A model generated the notes under the pieces. That model worked only from the letters and a program-made list of their open reading frames with translations. It was not told the origin of the DNA and made no database searches. The translations under genes and the position numbers were made by a program. Of a stretch of 64,000 nt of DNA, positions 9,175 to 17,665 are shown piece after piece. The stretch's first letter is position 1, and every line of letters begins with the position of its first letter. The stretch is taken from positions 6,848 through 70,847 of the forward strand of contig JAACUH010000067.1 in NCBI GenBank assembly GCA_009993005.1, written 5' to 3'. The stretch comes from Rhodobacterales bacterium. GTDB lineage: Bacteria > Pseudomonadota > Alphaproteobacteria > Rhodobacterales > Rhodobacteraceae.

Positions 9175-10356
9175 ATGGAACAGACATGGCGATGGTTCGG
9201 CCCCGAGGACCCGGTGACGCTGTCCCATGTCCGCCAGGCGGGCGCCACCGGCATCGTGACCGCGCTGCATCAGCATTACCGGGGCGAGGTCTGGCCCGAG
9301 GCGGACATCGCCGCGCGCAAGCAGATGATCGAGGCCGCGGGCCTGCGCTGGTCTGTCGTGGAAAGCATCCCCGTGCCCAACGCGATCAAGCTTGGCGGGC
9401 CGGACGCCGCCCCCGCCATCGCCGCCTTTGCCGAGACGATGCGCAGGCTCGCGGCGGCCGGGGTCGGCACGATCTGCTACAACTTCATGCCGGTGGTGGA
9501 CTGGACCCGCACCGACCTGCGCTACCCGATGCCCTCCGGCGGGCGCGCGCTGCGCTTCGACATGGTGGCCTTCGTCGCCTATGACGTGTTCGTTCTCGCC
9601 CGCCCCTCCGCCGCGGATGACTATCCGCCCGCGCTGGTCGCGCAGGCGCAGGCGCATCGGGCGACGCTCGACGCCGCCGCGATCGACCGGCTCGAGCGCA
9701 CGATCATCGCGGGTCTGCCCGGCGCCGAGGCCTGGCATGACCGCGCGGGGATCGCGGACCTCATCGCGCGCTATGGCGACACCGGGCCGGACCAGTTGCG
9801 CGCCAACCTCACGGCGTTTCACAAGGCGATCATCCCGGTGGCGCGCGCCCATGGGCTGCGCATGTGCATCCACCCCGATGACCCGCCCTTCCCGCTCTTT
9901 GGCCTGCCGCGCGTCGTCTCGACCGGGGCGGATTATCAGGCGCTGTTCGATGCGGTGCCCGAGGTCGAGAATGGCATCACCTTCTGCACCGGCTCGCTGG
10001 GCGCGCGGCGCGACAATGACCTGCCCGCGCTGCTGGCCGCCTGGGCCGAGCGGGTGCATTTCGTCCATCTGCGCAACGTGGCGACCGAGGATGACGGGTC
10101 ATTCACCGAAGTCGGGCATCTCGATGGCGACACCGACATGGTCACGATGCTGCGCCTCTTGCGCGCAGAAGAGGCACGCCGCGCCAGCGCCGGGCGGGCG
10201 GACCATGTGATCCCCTTCCGCCCCGACCACGGGCACCTGCTGCTGGACGATCAGGAGAAGCAGACCCAGCCCGGCTATTCCGCCATCGGCCGGCTCAAGG
10301 GTCTGGCCGAGCTGCGCGGCATCCTCGCGGCGCTCGACCACGCGGCCGTGGCATGA
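9175..10356 (+). CDS. uxuA: Mannonate dehydratase
   Basis: MEQTWRWFGPEDPV, WSVVESIPV, ICYNFMPVVDWTRT, IHPDDPP, FCTGSLG, RPDHGH, GYSAIGRLKGLAEL; true start ATG 9175. Confidence 0.96.
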   Translation: MEQTWRWFGPEDPVTLSHVRQAGATGIVTALHQHYRGEVWPEADIAARKQMIEAAGLRWSVVESIPVPNAIKLGGPDAAPAIAAFAETMRRLAAAGVGTICYNFMPVVDWTRTDLRYPMPSGGRALRFDMVAFVAYDVFVLARPSAADDYPPALVAQAQAHRATLDAAAIDRLERTIIAGLPGAEAWHDRAGIADLIARYGDTGPDQLRANLTAFHKAIIPVARAHGLRMCIHPDDPPFPLFGLPRVVSTGADYQALFDAVPEVENGITFCTGSLGARRDNDLPALLAAWAERVHFVHLRNVATEDDGSFTEVGHLDGDTDMVTMLRLLRAEEARRASAGRADHVIPFRPDHGHLLLDDQEKQTQPGYSAIGRLKGLAELRGILAALDHAAVA

Positions 10357-11138
10357 CCGGCGTGGCGCAGGATTTCGCCGGGCGCGTGGCGCTTGTGACA
10401 GGCACCAGCGGCATGGGTCTGGCGGCTGCGCTGCGGCTGGCGCGCGGCGGGGCGCGTGTGCATCTGTGCGGTGTCGATGCGGCGAGCAATGCGGCGGCGG
10501 CAGAGGCCGCACGCGGTCTGCCCGTTGCCGTGCATCTCTGCGATATCGCCCAGGACGATCAGGTTGCAGGCTGGGTCGATGACGTGATGGTGGATGAGAC
10601 GGGCATCGACATCCTCGTGAACGCCGCCGGCATCCAGACCTATGGCGACCTCGAAACGACAACGATCGCCGACTGGGACCGCGTGATGGGCGTCAACCTG
10701 CGCGGCGCCTTTCTCACCAGCCATTTCTGCTGGCCGCATATGAAAGGGCGGCGCGGCGCGATCATCCACATCAGTTCCGTCCAGGGGCATGCGAACCAGT
10801 TTGGTGTTCTGGGCTATGCGACCACCAAGGGCGCCGTCCATGCGATGACCCGCGCCATGGCTGTCGATTGTGCGAAACATGGGATCCGGGTGAACTCGAT
10901 CAGCCCCGGCTCGGTGCGCACGCCGCTGCTGGAATATGGCGCGGCGCAACTCGCCAAACCGGGCGAGACGATGGAGGACATGATTGCCACCTTCGGTGCG
11001 GCCCACCCCGTCGGCCGCGTCGGAACGGTCGAGGAAGTGGCCGAGATGGTCGCCTATCTCTGTTCCGACGCCGCCGCTTTCGTCACTGGCGCAGATTTCC
11101 GGATCGACGGGGGGCTGACTGCCTGGCTCGGGGTCTGA
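10353..11138 (+). CDS. Short-chain dehydrogenase/reductase (SDR)
   Basis: TGTSGMG, LVNAAG, S..YATTK catalytic motif, NSISPG, IDGG; ATGA-coupled to uxuA. Confidence 0.92.
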   Translation: MTGVAQDFAGRVALVTGTSGMGLAAALRLARGGARVHLCGVDAASNAAAAEAARGLPVAVHLCDIAQDDQVAGWVDDVMVDETGIDILVNAAGIQTYGDLETTTIADWDRVMGVNLRGAFLTSHFCWPHMKGRRGAIIHISSVQGHANQFGVLGYATTKGAVHAMTRAMAVDCAKHGIRVNSISPGSVRTPLLEYGAAQLAKPGETMEDMIATFGAAHPVGRVGTVEEVAEMVAYLCSDAAAFVTGADFRIDGGLTAWLGV

Positions 11139-11173
11139 CACACCGGCGTGGTGCGGGCTGGCAGCGGCGCGGA

Positions 11174-11238
11174 TGAGTATTTGGGCACAGAGAAATCCAG
11201 GCGCCGGCGCTCCCGGCTTCTCTGTGCCCAAATACTCA
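11174..11238. repeat. Perfect 21-bp inverted repeat between convergent genes, related to the dispersed repeat core
   Basis: TGAGTATTTGGGCACAGAGAA (11174-11194) and TTCTCTGTGCCCAAATACTCA (11218-11238); the right arm contains the stop codon of the ROK gene. Confidence 0.8.
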
Positions 11239-12702
11239 AACGCTGTCGGGGCCAGCCGCACCAAGCCATGACAGGAGCGCCGCGACATCCATGGGCATCG
11301 TCGTCCCGACCTCCCGCACCGGGCCCCGCGCCATCGGCCGCGCCCGGGTGGCGAGCGCGATGAGTTCTGGCACATAGTCCATCCCCGGGTGGCCGGGGTC
11401 GCGGGTGGCCACGCGGGCGGCATAGCGCGCGCCGATCTCTTCTGGCGGGGCATGGCACCAGATCTCGGCGATCTCGGTGATGCCGGCCCGCGCGAGGCCG
11501 GCGTCCAGCACCTCGGCCGGCTGGAAACCGAACCAGGCATCCATGATGAAGGTGCCGCCGGACGCGTCGGCGATCAGGTCAAAGATCGCATCATAGGCCG
11601 CGCGGCCCAGCCTGCGGTTCATCGGCCGGTCCACCGGGGCGAGCGTGGTGAGGAACGGGCCCTTGACGGTGTCGAGGGTCAGGCGCGGCCAGCCGGTCGC
11701 CTCGGCCAGCGCGCGTGCCACAGCACTTTTGCCGCTGGCGGGAACGCCGTTTACCATGATCAGCCGCTTGCGCAGGGGCGCGGGCAGCGCGCGCAGGCCG
11801 GCCAGTGCCGCGCCGATGACGCCCGCGTCGTCGCCGAGACGCGCGGCTGCGAGGGGGGCGTCGAACCAGGAATGCTCTGCGGGCACACGGCCGAGCGCGG
11901 CAACCATGGTCGCGCCCGCGCCGCCGCCGATCACCACAATGTCGGGATTGCAGATCGAAATCAGCGAATCGATGGCCGCCCGCAAGGGCCGGGCCCAGGC
12001 GTCGAGGACAGCGCCGGCGGCCGGGTCTTGACGCGCGAGCAGCGCCTCGGCGCGGGTATCGGCCGGCAGGCCGGCCGCGGCGAGATGGGTGGCAAAGGCG
12101 GTGCCGGAGCTCAGGGTCTCGACACAGCCAGTGCGGCCGCAGACACAGGGGCGACCATCAATATCGACCCTGATATGGCCCAACTGGCCTGCAAGGCCGC
12201 GCCCGCGCAGCACCTCACCGCCTGTGATCACAGCACCACCGATGCCCGTGCCGATGGTCAACAACACCGCGTTCGCCATGCCCTTTGCGGCGCCAAAGGC
12301 AGCTTCGGCCAGCAGAGCCATGGTCGCGTCATTCTCGACGGCGACAGGCAGGCCTGCGCCCGCCTCGACCAGCGCCGCAAAAGGCAGCGCGCTGAGGTCC
12401 ACATAGCCGCCCGACAGCACCCTGCGCGCCGCCGCATCGACCTGGCCGGGGATGCCGATACCGATGGCGGCAACCTGAGGCCTGCGCACCCGTTCGATCA
12501 GGTCAAGGCAGCGCCCCAGCACCACCTGCGGGTCGGGGTCGCTCGGCGCATGGGCGCGGGCGAGGATCTGGCCGTCGTCCGCCACGAGGGCCGCGCGCAT
12601 ATGCGTGCCGCCGATGTCTATGCCGATGGCGGGGCCGATGGCGGGGCCGATAGCGGGGCCGATGGCGGGGCCGATAGCGGGGCCGATGGCGGGGCGGGTC
12701 AT
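11236..12702 (-). CDS. ROK family sugar kinase fused to a C-terminal P-loop (AAA_33-like) kinase domain
   Basis: GIDIGGT, VENDA, TIGTGIGG, GQLGH..CVCGRTGCVE Zn motif, AGVIGAA; then LIMVNGVPASGKS Walker A in the same frame. Confidence 0.88.
   Translation of the reverse strand: MTRPAIGPAIGPAIGPAIGPAIGPAIGIDIGGTHMRAALVADDGQILARAHAPSDPDPQVVLGRCLDLIERVRRPQVAAIGIGIPGQVDAAARRVLSGGYVDLSALPFAALVEAGAGLPVAVENDATMALLAEAAFGAAKGMANAVLLTIGTGIGGAVITGGEVLRGRGLAGQLGHIRVDIDGRPCVCGRTGCVETLSSGTAFATHLAAAGLPADTRAEALLARQDPAAGAVLDAWARPLRAAIDSLISICNPDIVVIGGGAGATMVAALGRVPAEHSWFDAPLAAARLGDDAGVIGAALAGLRALPAPLRKRLIMVNGVPASGKSAVARALAEATGWPRLTLDTVKGPFLTTLAPVDRPMNRRLGRAAYDAIFDLIADASGGTFIMDAWFGFQPAEVLDAGLARAGITEIAEIWCHAPPEEIGARYAARVATRDPGHPGMDYVPELIALATRARPMARGPVREVGTTMPMDVAALLSWLGAAGPDSV
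12622..12693 (-). repeat. 12-bp tandem repeat x6 encoding (PAIG)6 at the ROK N-terminus
   Basis: GCCGATRGCGGG x6 on the plus strand. Confidence 0.95.
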
Positions 12703-12703
12703 C

Positions 12704-13603
12704 TCAGCCAGGGAAATGGCGCGCGATCACCGCCTGGATCTCGCGCAGGCGAGGGACGGCGATGTCGGTCAGGCGCTGCTGTGTCACGGCGCGGTCGAGC
12801 GAGATGCAATCTTTCCACAGCGAACGCCCGGCAATCACGCCGCTGGCGCCGTTCTCCATCGCGATCTCGACCTGACCCAGAAATGTCGCGTGATCGACCC
12901 CGGCCGACAGGACCGCCCAGGGCACATCGCCCGCCATCGCCGTGATTGCGGCGCAGGCGGCGGGGGTGCCGGGATAGGGGATCTTGAGCACCTTGGCGCC
13001 GAGGTCGAGGCAGATGCGCGACCCGCCCTCGATCAGCGCGGGGATGCGGGCGGCGTAATCCTCGGGCGCTTCGCCAGGCAGGGCGTAGGTGAGGAATTCG
13101 ACCACCAGCAGCAGGTCCTCGGCGGCATAGTCCGCAATCACGCGGCGCAGCGTCTCGATATTGGCCGCATCGGCCCCGGGCGTGTCGGCGCGCAGATAGA
13201 CCATGACCTTGGCGCCGGTTCCGCCCAGTTCGCGCACACGCCGCGCGGTGATCCCGGGCACCATGTTCGAGATGCGGTAGCCCTCGGGCGTGGTGTCGAA
13301 ACCCGAGGCGTCGATCCCGATCAGCAGGGCGGTGGCGCGGTCAAGCACGCCGTCATCCACGATCGCGGGCACCGCGCAGAGCGGATCGACCAGAACGCAA
13401 CCGGCGTAGCTGGCGAGATAGCGCGCGATATCCATCTTGGTCAGGCCGAGTGTAGTGTCTGATATGGCCTTCTGCTCCTCGGGCGTGCCGGCCAGCACCT
13501 GGCGCATCCCGCCGCGCTGGTCGCAGGCGATGACCATCATCGCGCCGTTCGTGCCGCAGATCTGCTGGTAACCGCGCCGTTCTGCGGTGGTCATGCGTGA
13601 CAT
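12704..13603 (-). CDS. Tagatose-1,6-bisphosphate aldolase (LacD)/YihT-like class I aldolase
   Basis: VIACDQRGGM, GAKVMVY, VLKIPYP (Schiff-base Lys), WAVLSAGV, GVIAGRSLW. Confidence 0.85.
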   Translation of the reverse strand: MSRMTTAERRGYQQICGTNGAMMVIACDQRGGMRQVLAGTPEEQKAISDTTLGLTKMDIARYLASYAGCVLVDPLCAVPAIVDDGVLDRATALLIGIDASGFDTTPEGYRISNMVPGITARRVRELGGTGAKVMVYLRADTPGADAANIETLRRVIADYAAEDLLLVVEFLTYALPGEAPEDYAARIPALIEGGSRICLDLGAKVLKIPYPGTPAACAAITAMAGDVPWAVLSAGVDHATFLGQVEIAMENGASGVIAGRSLWKDCISLDRAVTQQRLTDIAVPRLREIQAVIARHFPG

Positions 13604-13703
13604 GGTCTGTCCTTTGCTGGCCGCCCTGCGGCGTCTGCGCCTTGCCGATTGCCAGACTATCGCGATTGCGCGATAACTCCATCAGCGCGATTGCTGTAAC
13701 ACG

Positions 13704-13722
13704 TTGCAGAAAGGAATTGCAA
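13704..13722. promoter_or_regulatory. Putative operator TTGCA-N9-TGCAA between the aldolase and SorC-type regulator
   Basis: TTGCAGAAAGGAATTGCAA, palindromic ends; near-identical to 8208-8225. Confidence 0.55.
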
Positions 13723-13765
13723 GCTGTCCACAGCCCCTCTGTCTGAAACCGGCGCAACCCGGGCT

Positions 13766-14671
13766 TTGCTGCACACCGTGGCGCGGCTGCACTATATCTC
13801 TGACCTCAGCCAGGTGAAGATTGCCAAGCAGCTTGGCGTGTCAACCGCGACGATCTCGCGGCTTCTGGCGCGGGCGCGTGCCGAAGGGATCGTGCGGATC
13901 GAGGTGCGTGACCTTGCCGTGCCCGAGGCGCTGGCGGACAGGCTCGCCGCCGCGCTGGGCCTCGCACAGGTGAGCGTGACCGACATGAACGCGACAGCCC
14001 AGCCCGGAGGGCTGGCGGTGCCGCTGGGGGCGATGCTGGTCGCGCAGGGGCTGGGGGCCGGGGCGGTTGTCGCGATCGGCTGGGGCCGGGCGATCAGGGC
14101 GGTGATCGAGGCCGGGTTGCCGCAGATCGCGGGCGTGCATGTGGTGCCGGCGACGGGCGGCCTGCAACAGCAGGCGCCGCATTTCCAGATCAACGAATTC
14201 GTGCGCATGGCCGCCGACCAGATGGGCGGGCAGCCGCATTTCATCCACGCGCCCTACCTGCCGTCGGCCGAAACCCGCGCGCTGTTCCTCGCCGATCCGG
14301 CAATCGCGGACAGTGTTGCGCTGTGGGACAGGATCGACGTGGCCGTGATGGGCGTCGGCCTGCCGCCCGCGCTGACCCCGCCCGAGGCGAGTGTCGCCAC
14401 GGCGAGCGAGCATGGCCTTGTCAGCGCCGCGGGGGACGTGATCCGCCATTACTACGAGGCCAGTGGCGAGATCATCGGGTGGGAGGGTGAGGGGCGTATG
14501 ATCGCTGTCGCACCTGACCAGTTGCGCCGTGCGCGTCTCTGTATCGGCCTCGCCGCCGGACAGAGCAAGGCCGCCCCGATCATCGGGGCCGCGCGCGCGG
14601 GGCTGATCAACGCGCTGGTCACAGACGTGCCGACCGCCGAGGCGATCCTGGACCTGCTGGGCGCCGCCTGA
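13766..14671 (+). CDS. SorC/DeoR (sugar-binding domain) transcriptional regulator
   Basis: ARLHY..LSQVKIAKQLGVSTATISRLLARAR HTH, IGWGRA, AGDV, KAAPIIGAARAGLINALVTD; start codon uncertain. Confidence 0.9.
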   Translation: MLHTVARLHYISDLSQVKIAKQLGVSTATISRLLARARAEGIVRIEVRDLAVPEALADRLAAALGLAQVSVTDMNATAQPGGLAVPLGAMLVAQGLGAGAVVAIGWGRAIRAVIEAGLPQIAGVHVVPATGGLQQQAPHFQINEFVRMAADQMGGQPHFIHAPYLPSAETRALFLADPAIADSVALWDRIDVAVMGVGLPPALTPPEASVATASEHGLVSAAGDVIRHYYEASGEIIGWEGEGRMIAVAPDQLRRARLCIGLAAGQSKAAPIIGAARAGLINALVTDVPTAEAILDLLGAA

Positions 14672-14722
14672 GGCGGATTTTCCGGTCGCGGCGCATTCTT
14701 CTGGACGACTCCCTTGGTCTTG

Positions 14723-14739
14723 TGTGACGTTACGTCGCA
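14723..14739. promoter_or_regulatory. Palindromic operator candidate upstream of the second ABC operon
   Basis: TGTGACGTTACGTCGCA, near-perfect dyad ending 15 bp before the pseudogene ATG. Confidence 0.45.
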
Positions 14740-14754
14740 AGAGCGGGGGCAAGG

Positions 14755-15034
14755 ATGAAGCTGGGTATTCTGACCGCAGCCTTTGGCGATGTCCCGCTGA
14801 CGGGCGTTGCTGATTGCGCGGCCTGCGCGGGGTTTGAGGTGCTGGAGGTGGCGTGGTGGCCCGCCGGCGCCGGGCGAGGTCGATTGGCCGGGCTTTTTAG
14901 CCGGGCTCTGGCGTGCAGGCCATCACGGGGCCGTGGTGATCGAACACGAGGACAGGGATTTCGAGGGCAGCGACGAGAAGGTCAAACGCGGCTTTCTGCT
15001 CGCCCGCGATGTGCTGCGCCCTTACGTCAAGTAG
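14755..15034 (+). pseudogene. Internally deleted, frameshifted sugar phosphate isomerase/epimerase
   Basis: N-terminus MKLGILTAAFGDVPL..GFEVLEVAWWP in one frame joined near 14865-14875 to C-terminus GEVDWPGFLAGLWRAG..VIEHEDRDFEG..VKRGFLLARDVLRPYVK* in another; only ~93 codons of a normally ~300-aa TIM barrel. Confidence 0.8.
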
Positions 15035-15061
15035 CGGCGCATTTGGAGGAGGAGAGATAAA

Positions 15062-16102
15062 ATGGGAGCGAGAACGATGAGGACATTCATGCAGGGCGTG
15101 GCCGGGGCTGCGTTGCTGGCGGGTCTGGCCGGGGCCGCGATGGCCGAGGGCTATACCATCGGCATTTCGAACACCGTGCAGGGCAATGGCTGGCGCGAGG
15201 AAATGGTCTGCGCGATGAAGGCGCAGGCGCTGTCCTCGGGGCTGGTGGACAGCCTGAACATCGCGCATCGCAACACCGACGCGGCCGGGCAACTCGAGGA
15301 TATCCGCAACCTCATCCAGGCGGGTGTGGATGCCATCGTGGTCAACCCGTCCTCGGCCGATGCGATCAATTCGGCGATTGCCGAGGCGACGGCGGCGGGC
15401 ATCGTCGTGGTCGCGGTTGACCAGGCGGTGAGCGAGGCGAGCGCCTACAACATCTCGAACGACCAGGAAGAATACGCCTATCTGGGCGCGAGCTGGCTGT
15501 TCCAGCAGATGGGCGGCGAGGGGCCGGTGGTCTATATGCGCGGCGCTGCCGGCGCGGGCGCCGACAATGACCGCGATACCGGTTTCCAGCGCGCGCTGGC
15601 CGAAAACCCGGGGATCCGCGTGGCACAAGAGGTGTTCACCGGCTGGCAGCAGGATCAGGGCAAACAGCAGATGCTCGACATCCTCGCCTCTGGCATTCCG
15701 GTGGCCGGCGTCTGGACCTCGGGCATCGACAATGTGATCGTCGATGCGTTCATCGAAAGCGACGTGCCGCTGGTGCCGATCGTGGGCGCCGACAATGCGG
15801 GCTTTGTCGGGCAACTGGCCTCGGTCGAGGGGTTTGTGGGCGCGGCGGTGTCGAACCCCGGCTCGATCGGTGGGGCCGGCATGACGCTGGCGCTGCGGAT
15901 TCTCGAAGGGCAGGTGCCCGAGGGTCAAACGCTCTATGTCACGCCGGCGCTGTGGGAAAACGTGACCGAAGAAGGCCGCGCCGTGATCGCCGCTGCGCAG
16001 AACCCGAACCTCGACCCCGAATGGCCGGTGTCGGTCGCGATTGCCGACTGGACGACCTATTCGCTGGACGAGATCATCGCCTGCAAGGGTCCGGGCGAGT
16101 AA
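15062..16102 (+). CDS. Sugar ABC transporter periplasmic binding protein
   Basis: Signal peptide, GGAGGAGGAG RBS, GISNTVQGNGWR, GIVVVAVD, IVGADN. Confidence 0.9.
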   Translation: MGARTMRTFMQGVAGAALLAGLAGAAMAEGYTIGISNTVQGNGWREEMVCAMKAQALSSGLVDSLNIAHRNTDAAGQLEDIRNLIQAGVDAIVVNPSSADAINSAIAEATAAGIVVVAVDQAVSEASAYNISNDQEEYAYLGASWLFQQMGGEGPVVYMRGAAGAGADNDRDTGFQRALAENPGIRVAQEVFTGWQQDQGKQQMLDILASGIPVAGVWTSGIDNVIVDAFIESDVPLVPIVGADNAGFVGQLASVEGFVGAAVSNPGSIGGAGMTLALRILEGQVPEGQTLYVTPALWENVTEEGRAVIAAAQNPNLDPEWPVSVAIADWTTYSLDEIIACKGPGE

Positions 16103-16113
16103 ACGACCGATGA

Positions 16114-16146
16114 TGCCACCCCCGGCCCGCACGGTCGGGGGTGGCG
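16114..16146 (+). terminator. Intercistronic GC-rich hairpin after the binding-protein gene (stabiliser/attenuator)
   Basis: GCCACCCCCGGCC...GGTCGGGGGTGGC stem; no U-tract. Confidence 0.4.
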
Positions 16147-16177
16147 CCCCCCGACCCGCAGCCGTGACAAGAGCCTG

Positions 16178-17665
16178 ATGCAGCCCAATCCGCCCAAAAC
16201 ACCCCGCGCGATCCTCGACGCGCAGGGCGTCACAAAGAGTTTCGGCGCCGTGCAGGCGCTGCGCGGTGCGTCGCTGCGCGTGGGCGCGGGCGAGATCGTG
16301 GCGCTGATGGGGGCCAATGGCGCGGGCAAATCGACGCTGGTCAAGATCCTGACCGGCGCGCTGCGCCATGACGCCGGGACCATCACGATCAAGGATCGGC
16401 CGGTGCGCTTTGCCTCGCCCGCTGCCGCGCGGCGCGCCGGGCTGGTGCCGGTCTATCAAGAGCCCGCGCTGATCCCCGACCTCGATGTCGGCCAGAACCT
16501 GCGGCTGGGCGCGACACCGGTCGCGCCGTTCCGCCACTGGGTCGATGCGCTGGGCGTGACCGGGCTGCGGATGGACGATGCCATCGGGCATTTGCCGCTC
16601 GCCACGCTGCGCATCCTCGACCTCGCCCGCGCGCTGGCGATGGAGCCTGACGTCCTGATGCTCGACGAGATGACCGCCGCGCTGCCGACCGATCTGGTGG
16701 ACAATGTGCTGCGGGTGATGCGCGGCCAGGCCGATGCGGGGCGCGCGGTGATCTATATCTCGCATCGCTTTCCCGAGATCGCGCGCATCTGTGACCGCGC
16801 CACCGTGCTGCGCGACGGGGTGACGGTTGGCGACCTGCCGATCGTGCCGGGGGTCGAGGAGGAGGTGGTGGAGCTGATGCTGGGCCAGCGGATGACGCCC
16901 GCAGTCGCCGCGACCGGCCGCAGCGCCGCCAAAGGCACCGCGCGCCTGTCGGTCGCGGGCCTGTCGTTGGGCAGCAAGCTCGCCGAAGTGTCCTTTGACC
17001 TGCATGCGGGCGAGGTGCTGGGGGTTGTCGCGCTCGAAGGGCAGGGGCAAGACGAGCTGTTCGAGGTGCTCGCGGGCTTTCGGCGGGCCGGATCGGGCCG
17101 GATCAGTGTCGATGGCACGCCAGTCGCCTTTCGCCACCCCGCCGATGCGATTGCCGCAGGGCTGACCTTTGTGCCCGGCAACCGTGCCGATGCGCTGGCG
17201 ATGGGGCGCTCGGTGCGCGAGAATATCGCGCTTCCGGGCTTTGCCGCGCCGCGCCGCTGGGGGCCGATTGCGATGCAGGCCGAGGCGACGCGCATCGGCG
17301 CCGCCATCGACCGGCTCCAGATCGACACGCGCGCGCAGGGTGAGGTGCGGCGCCTGTCGGGCGGTAACCAGCAAAAGGTCACCATCGGCCGCTGGATCGC
17401 GCATGGGGTGCAGACATTGCTGCTGTTCGACCCCACGCGGGGGATCGACGTGCGGACCAAGAGGCAGATCTATGAATTGTGTCGCGACCTGGCCGCGCAG
17501 GGGGCGGCGGTGCTTTACTATACCTCCGAACTGGCCGAGGTGCCGCAGGCCTGCGACCGGGCCATCGTGATCTTTGGCGGGCGCGTGGTGGCCGAAATGC
17601 CGGCGGCAGAGGCGACCGAGGCCGCGCTGTTGCGCGCGGCCTATGGCCTGGCGGTGGCCACGTGA
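16178..17665 (+). CDS. Sugar ABC transporter ATP-binding protein (tandem NBD, RbsA-like)
   Basis: GANGAGKSTL, MLDEMT, YISH, second-half LSGGNQQKV and DPTRGID. Confidence 0.93.
   Translation: MQPNPPKTPRAILDAQGVTKSFGAVQALRGASLRVGAGEIVALMGANGAGKSTLVKILTGALRHDAGTITIKDRPVRFASPAAARRAGLVPVYQEPALIPDLDVGQNLRLGATPVAPFRHWVDALGVTGLRMDDAIGHLPLATLRILDLARALAMEPDVLMLDEMTAALPTDLVDNVLRVMRGQADAGRAVIYISHRFPEIARICDRATVLRDGVTVGDLPIVPGVEEEVVELMLGQRMTPAVAATGRSAAKGTARLSVAGLSLGSKLAEVSFDLHAGEVLGVVALEGQGQDELFEVLAGFRRAGSGRISVDGTPVAFRHPADAIAAGLTFVPGNRADALAMGRSVRENIALPGFAAPRRWGPIAMQAEATRIGAAIDRLQIDTRAQGEVRRLSGGNQQKVTIGRWIAHGVQTLLLFDPTRGIDVRTKRQIYELCRDLAAQGAAVLYYTSELAEVPQACDRAIVIFGGRVVAEMPAAEATEAALLRAAYGLAVAT

Noticed and set aside
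12704..13603. Sulfoglycolysis (YihT aldolase plus PfkB kinase) interpretation
   Set aside because: No sulfoquinovosidase (GH31), YihS-type isomerase or sulfolactaldehyde reductase is recognisable in the window, so it cannot be supported.
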